This document shows, in pieces, positions 30,819-34,449 of a stretch of DNA of 34,449 nucleotides. Within the stretch, counting starts at the first letter, position 1; each line of letters starts with the position of its first letter. The stretch is from Deltaproteobacteria bacterium. Its GTDB lineage: Bacteria; Campylobacterota_A; Desulfurellia; JAGGSF01. Position numbers and translations under genes: made by a program. The DNA is taken from NCBI GenBank assembly GCA_021159235.1, contig JAGGSF010000102.1:1-34449 (forward strand), in the 5' to 3' direction. The notes under the pieces are model-generated. The model saw only the letters and a program-made list of their open reading frames with translations. It searched no databases and was not told where the DNA came from.

Positions 30819-31211
30819 ATGGCAAATAAAAGAAAAAAGGTTAAGAAAGGAATAAGAAAAGTAGCAGTGGCAAGAGGGGTGGCGCATATACAAACGACAT
30901 TTAATAATGCATTGATCAGCATTACGGATAAAATGGGTAACAGTCTTTTCTGGGCCAGTGCGGGAACAGTTGGTTTTAAAGGAGCAAAAAAGGGAACACC
31001 GTTTGCTGCCCAGGTTACCGCTGAGTCTGTAGCCAAAAAAGCTTTAAGCGCTGGATTAAGGGAAGTAGATGTAATGATCAAAGGTCCTGGAGAAGGTAGA
31101 GAAACGGCCATAAGGGCTCTGCAGGCAGCGGGATTGAAGGTAAAATCCATCAAAGATGTGACGCCTATACCTCATAATGGCTGTAGACCGCCCAAGAAGA
31201 GGAGGGTGTAG
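30819..31211 (+). CDS. rpsK: 30S ribosomal protein S11
   Basis: TPFAAQ and [14 protein letters not shown] motifs. Confidence 0.98.
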   Translation: MANKRKKVKKGIRKVAVARGVAHIQTTFNNALISITDKMGNSLFWASAGTVGFKGAKKGTPFAAQVTAESVAKKALSAGLREVDVMIKGPGEGRETAIRALQAAGLKVKSIKDVTPIPHNGCRPPKKRRV

Positions 31212-31214
31212 AAT

Positions 31215-31826
31215 ATGAAGAGGCAGGATGGATGTAAATTGTGCAGGCAACTGGGAGTAAAGCTGTATTTGAAAGGGGATAGGTGTTTGACTGAAAAATG
31301 TGCCTTTGAGAGGAGACCTTATCCTCCTGGTAAGGAAAGATTTCAGAGAAGGAAAATAAGTGATTACGCAATCCATCTTATGGAAAAGCAAAAGGCGCGG
31401 GCGATCTATGGTGTGAGAGAGAGACAATTCAGGAGATATTTCTTTAAGGCGAAGAGAGAAAAAGGCCGAACAGGAGAAAACCTTGTTCGTATTCTGGAGA
31501 GTCGTTTAGACAACATGCTTTACAGGGCGGGATTTGCTACCTCCAGGAGGCAGGCAAGACAGATGATTTCACATCGTTTTGTAAAGGTAAATGGACGAAT
31601 AGTAAACATTCCTTCTTATCTTTTGAGAAAGGGTGATGTTGTTGCATTGGCAAAAGAAAACGATTTTATAAAGGCAGGAATAGAGGAAGCTGTAAAGAGA
31701 GGCATTCCTTCATGGTTTCAGGTTGATGCCGATAAGCTTACCTTTACTGTGTTGAATATACCTTCGACAGGAGATGTTAATCTTCCGTTTAATGAGAATG
31801 CAATAGTGGAGTTGTATTCTAAGTGA
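31215..31826 (+). CDS. rpsD: 30S ribosomal protein S4
   Basis: EKQK, LESRLDN, ARQ, IVELYSK motifs; N-terminal four-Cys cluster. Confidence 0.97.
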   Translation: MKRQDGCKLCRQLGVKLYLKGDRCLTEKCAFERRPYPPGKERFQRRKISDYAIHLMEKQKARAIYGVRERQFRRYFFKAKREKGRTGENLVRILESRLDNMLYRAGFATSRRQARQMISHRFVKVNGRIVNIPSYLLRKGDVVALAKENDFIKAGIEEAVKRGIPSWFQVDADKLTFTVLNIPSTGDVNLPFNENAIVELYSK

Positions 31827-31838
31827 TAGGATGAGGAG

Positions 31839-32858
31839 ATGGAGCGGACATTTGATTATCTGGTAAAGCCTTTGGCTGTTCAGGTAGAAAGTAGTAAGCA
31901 AAATATTAATATAAAACAATTTATTATCCAGCCTCTTCCTAAGGGATATGCTGTAACCCTGGGAAATGCTATGAGAAGGGTTCTTCTTTCTTCCATCCCT
32001 GGTGTTGCAATTGTGGGGGTAAAGATAGAGGGGATAATGCATGAATTCAGTGTTTTACATGGTGTAAAGGAAGATGTATTGACTATTATATTGAATTTGA
32101 AACAGGTGCGTTTTAAAACATTGACAGATAGTTTTACAAAGGGGGAGGCTTTTATTGAAAAAAAAGGCGGGGAATTGAAGGCTGGTGATATTGTTGTATC
32201 TAACGATGTAGAGGTAATAAACAGGGATCACCATATTGCTTCTTTAATGGAAGATGGTGAAGTTAAAATGAAGCTGTTTTTAGAAAAAGGTGTGGGATAT
32301 AAACCGGCCAGAGAAAATCTTAGAGAGGAGGCAGGATTAATTCCTGTAGATGCAATGTTTTCTCCTGTAAAGCGTGTTACTTATCATGCTGAGAAAAGCA
32401 CACGTCGTGGTTTTTATGATTATGATAAGCTTACTTTGGAGGTGGAGACAGACGGGACACTGGCTCCAGAAAGTGCGGTAAGCAAGGCGGCGTATATTTT
32501 AGAGGATTATTTTGGTTTCTTTACTCAATTCGTTTCTGCAACAGAAAAGGAGGTTGAAGAAGAGACAGAGGAAGAGATAGAAGTTAATGAAAATCTGTTA
32601 AAAACAGTGGGTGAACTGGAGTTGAGTGCTCGTGCAGCAAATTGTTTGAAGGCTCAGAACATAGAATACATCTTGGAATTGGTGCAAAAAACAGAGAGTG
32701 AACTTCTGGACACGCGCAATTTTGGCAAACAATCGTTGAAGGAAATAAAGGATGCTTTGAGTCAATTGGGATTGAGTTTAAGCATGAAGATAGATGGAAA
32801 GATGCTTTCAAAGTTAAAGCAGTTAGAAGAGAAGAGGAGAGAAAAGGATGCGTCATAA
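31839..32858 (+). CDS. rpoA: DNA-directed RNA polymerase subunit alpha
   Basis: [20 protein letters not shown]...GVKED, DYDKL, alpha-[13 protein letters not shown]...NFG. Confidence 0.98.
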   Translation: MERTFDYLVKPLAVQVESSKQNINIKQFIIQPLPKGYAVTLGNAMRRVLLSSIPGVAIVGVKIEGIMHEFSVLHGVKEDVLTIILNLKQVRFKTLTDSFTKGEAFIEKKGGELKAGDIVVSNDVEVINRDHHIASLMEDGEVKMKLFLEKGVGYKPARENLREEAGLIPVDAMFSPVKRVTYHAEKSTRRGFYDYDKLTLEVETDGTLAPESAVSKAAYILEDYFGFFTQFVSATEKEVEEETEEEIEVNENLLKTVGELELSARAANCLKAQNIEYILELVQKTESELLDTRNFGKQSLKEIKDALSQLGLSLSMKIDGKMLSKLKQLEEKRREKDAS

Positions 32859-33207
32859 GCATGGTTACAGGAAGCTGGGCGTAGATACGGGACACAGAAA
32901 AGCTTTACTGAGAAATTTAGCTCGAGCTATAATATTGAACGAGCGCATTACAACCACAGATGCCAGAGCTAAAGAAATGGTGCGCTTTGTTAGTAATTTG
33001 GTTACATTGGCGAAGAAAGGGACACTTTCTGCACGGAGGCAAGCTTTAAAAATTCTTCCACATAAGAAAGTAGTAAGGAAGCTCTTTTCTGAGATTGGTC
33101 CACGATTTGCAGATGTAAATGGTGGATACTTGCGTTGCTTCAAGTTGGGTTATCGCAAAGGGGATGGAGCTCCTATATCCATAGTTGAATTTTCCAAGAA
33201 AAGTTAG
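32848..33207 (+). CDS. rplQ: 50S ribosomal protein L17
   Basis: MRH...KLG, ITTT..RAKE, GGY.R, R.GD.A motifs. Confidence 0.98.
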   Translation: MRHKHGYRKLGVDTGHRKALLRNLARAIILNERITTTDARAKEMVRFVSNLVTLAKKGTLSARRQALKILPHKKVVRKLFSEIGPRFADVNGGYLRCFKLGYRKGDGAPISIVEFSKKS

Positions 33208-33209
33208 AT

Positions 33210-33680
33210 GTGAAAACTCCCTATACTGCCTTTTTTTTAATAATCCTCTTTTTTGTTTTAGATGTAGTATCCAAAATGTTGGTAGTTCATTTTTTGGATG
33301 TGGGGAGCTCAATATCTGTTCTTAGCTTTTTGAATATAGTGCATGTAGAAAATAGCGGAATAGCGTTTGGTCTGTTTGGCACTTCTTCTTTCCTCTTTAA
33401 GAGAATCTTACTTTCTTCTGTAAATATTATTGTTTTTATTATAGTGATAGTTATGTTACTCAGAAGGAAGGTTTCATCTTCAGTCTCTTTTGGATTGAGC
33501 CTGTTGGGAGCTGGAGCATTGGGAAATTTGAGGGAGAGGTTATTCTCTGGATATGTGACAGATTTTATTGATTTACATATTGGTGTGCATCATTATCCGG
33601 CTTTTAACATTGCCGATGCTTGCATTACTACGGGTATACTTATCTTGATTATTCGCAGGTTTTCAAGAAAATCTATTTAA
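33210..33680 (+). CDS. lspA: Lipoprotein signal peptidase (signal peptidase II)
   Basis: LDxxSK, NxGIAFG, GALGN, VTDFI and FNIAD motifs (both catalytic Asp present); four hydrophobic segments. Confidence 0.92.
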   Translation: MKTPYTAFFLIILFFVLDVVSKMLVVHFLDVGSSISVLSFLNIVHVENSGIAFGLFGTSSFLFKRILLSSVNIIVFIIVIVMLLRRKVSSSVSFGLSLLGAGALGNLRERLFSGYVTDFIDLHIGVHHYPAFNIADACITTGILILIIRRFSRKSI

Positions 33681-34449
33681 GCTTCTTTTGAACGGATGAA
33701 TAAAATTGCTTTATATTTTCTTTTTTTCCTATGCATATAAGGGTGGAATTCCCCTTTATCTTTGTCTGGGCAGAGGGATTGAAGTGAATTTTCCCTTTTT
33801 CCACCATTCCTATAATCATAATGTCAAATTTTTCTCTTATCTGTGAATCTTTTATCTTCACACCATCATAAGCAGAATTTTCTTCTATGTCGATCTCCGC
33901 TATCCTAAATTCTTCAGCTGTAGACCTTAAAGCTAAGGTGAATTCTGCTGCCTTGGGGGAGGTAATCATATAGGCAATGCGGGAAGCACTTACTTCATAA
34001 GGAGAGATTATCTTGTTTGCCCCTCCTTTGATCAGCCTTTTTTTACTTTCTTCTTCGAATGCACGGCTAATTATATTTAAGTTTGGGTTTAGTTCTCTTG
34101 CAGTCATTGTTATATACAGATTTTCTGCATCGGAAGAGGTAAGGATAATTATACTGGAGGCCTGTTCTATACTGGCATTTTTTAGTGTTTCTTCTTCTGT
34201 TGCATCACCACAAATTATTCTGTATCCCTTATCTTGAATCTTCTCTTTACTTTTTTCTATTATAACAAAGGGAACATTTCTTTTATCCAGTTCCTCTGCT
34301 ACAATTTTCCCCAATCTCCCGAAGCCACAGATTATGTGATGATTCTTTAGTTTTTTAATTTCTTTTTTCATTTTTTCCTCCTGCAGACTTTTAAATCTAA
34401 GTAAATATTCTGTATACAACGATGTTATAAAGCTGGTAATGGTGGAGAG
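33673..34449 (-). CDS. Potassium channel/TrkA-family protein with RCK (TrkA-N + TrkA-C) domains; 5' end lies beyond the window
   Basis: HHIICGFGRLG Rossmann motif, GDAT, D.EN...ARELNP, GA..IISPY; frame stays open from 34419 to the window edge (LSTITSFITS), resembling the end of a TM helix. Confidence 0.85.
   Translation of the reverse strand, partial: LSTITSFITSLYTEYLLRFKSLQEEKMKKEIKKLKNHHIICGFGRLGKIVAEELDKRNVPFVIIEKSKEKIQDKGYRIICGDATEEETLKNASIEQASSIIILTSSDAENLYITMTARELNPNLNIISRAFEEESKKRLIKGGANKIISPYEVSASRIAYMITSPKAAEFTLALRSTAEEFRIAEIDIEENSAYDGVKIKDSQIREKFDIMIIGMVEKGKIHFNPSAQTKIKGNSTLICIGKKENIKQFYSSVQKKLK

Overview
Almost the whole window (about 1.1-33.2 kb, + strand) is one complete, very compact bacterial transcription/translation supercluster: tRNA-Lys, tRNA-Thr-Tyr-Gly-Thr, tuf, rpmG, tRNA-Trp, secE, nusG, rplKAJL, rpoBC, str (rpsL-rpsG-fusA-tuf), S10, spc (with secY-adk-map-infA-rpmJ) and alpha (rpsM-rpsK-rpsD-rpoA-rplQ), with lspA appended 2 nt after rplQ. 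The left flank holds a minus-strand two-gene module: an AbiEii/DUF1814-type nucleotidyltransferase and a 71-aa partner, a candidate toxin-antitoxin or defence pair. The right flank holds the 3' part of a convergent RCK (TrkA-N/TrkA-C) potassium-channel gene. The DNA is AT-rich. RpoC size and RpoB/S5/S7 motifs loosely resemble Campylobacterota/Desulfurellia or similar lineages, but I cannot assign taxonomy. The window is mostly housekeeping. The points most worth checking are the nucleotidyltransferase module beside the tRNA cluster, tRNA-Trp overlapping the rpmG stop codon and abutting secE, an rpoB/rpoC junction one -1 slip from fusion, an enlarged RpoC trigger-loop insert, apparently identical tuf copies, and no room for the usual r-protein leader RNAs. 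I found no CRISPR array, IS element, integrase or rRNA.
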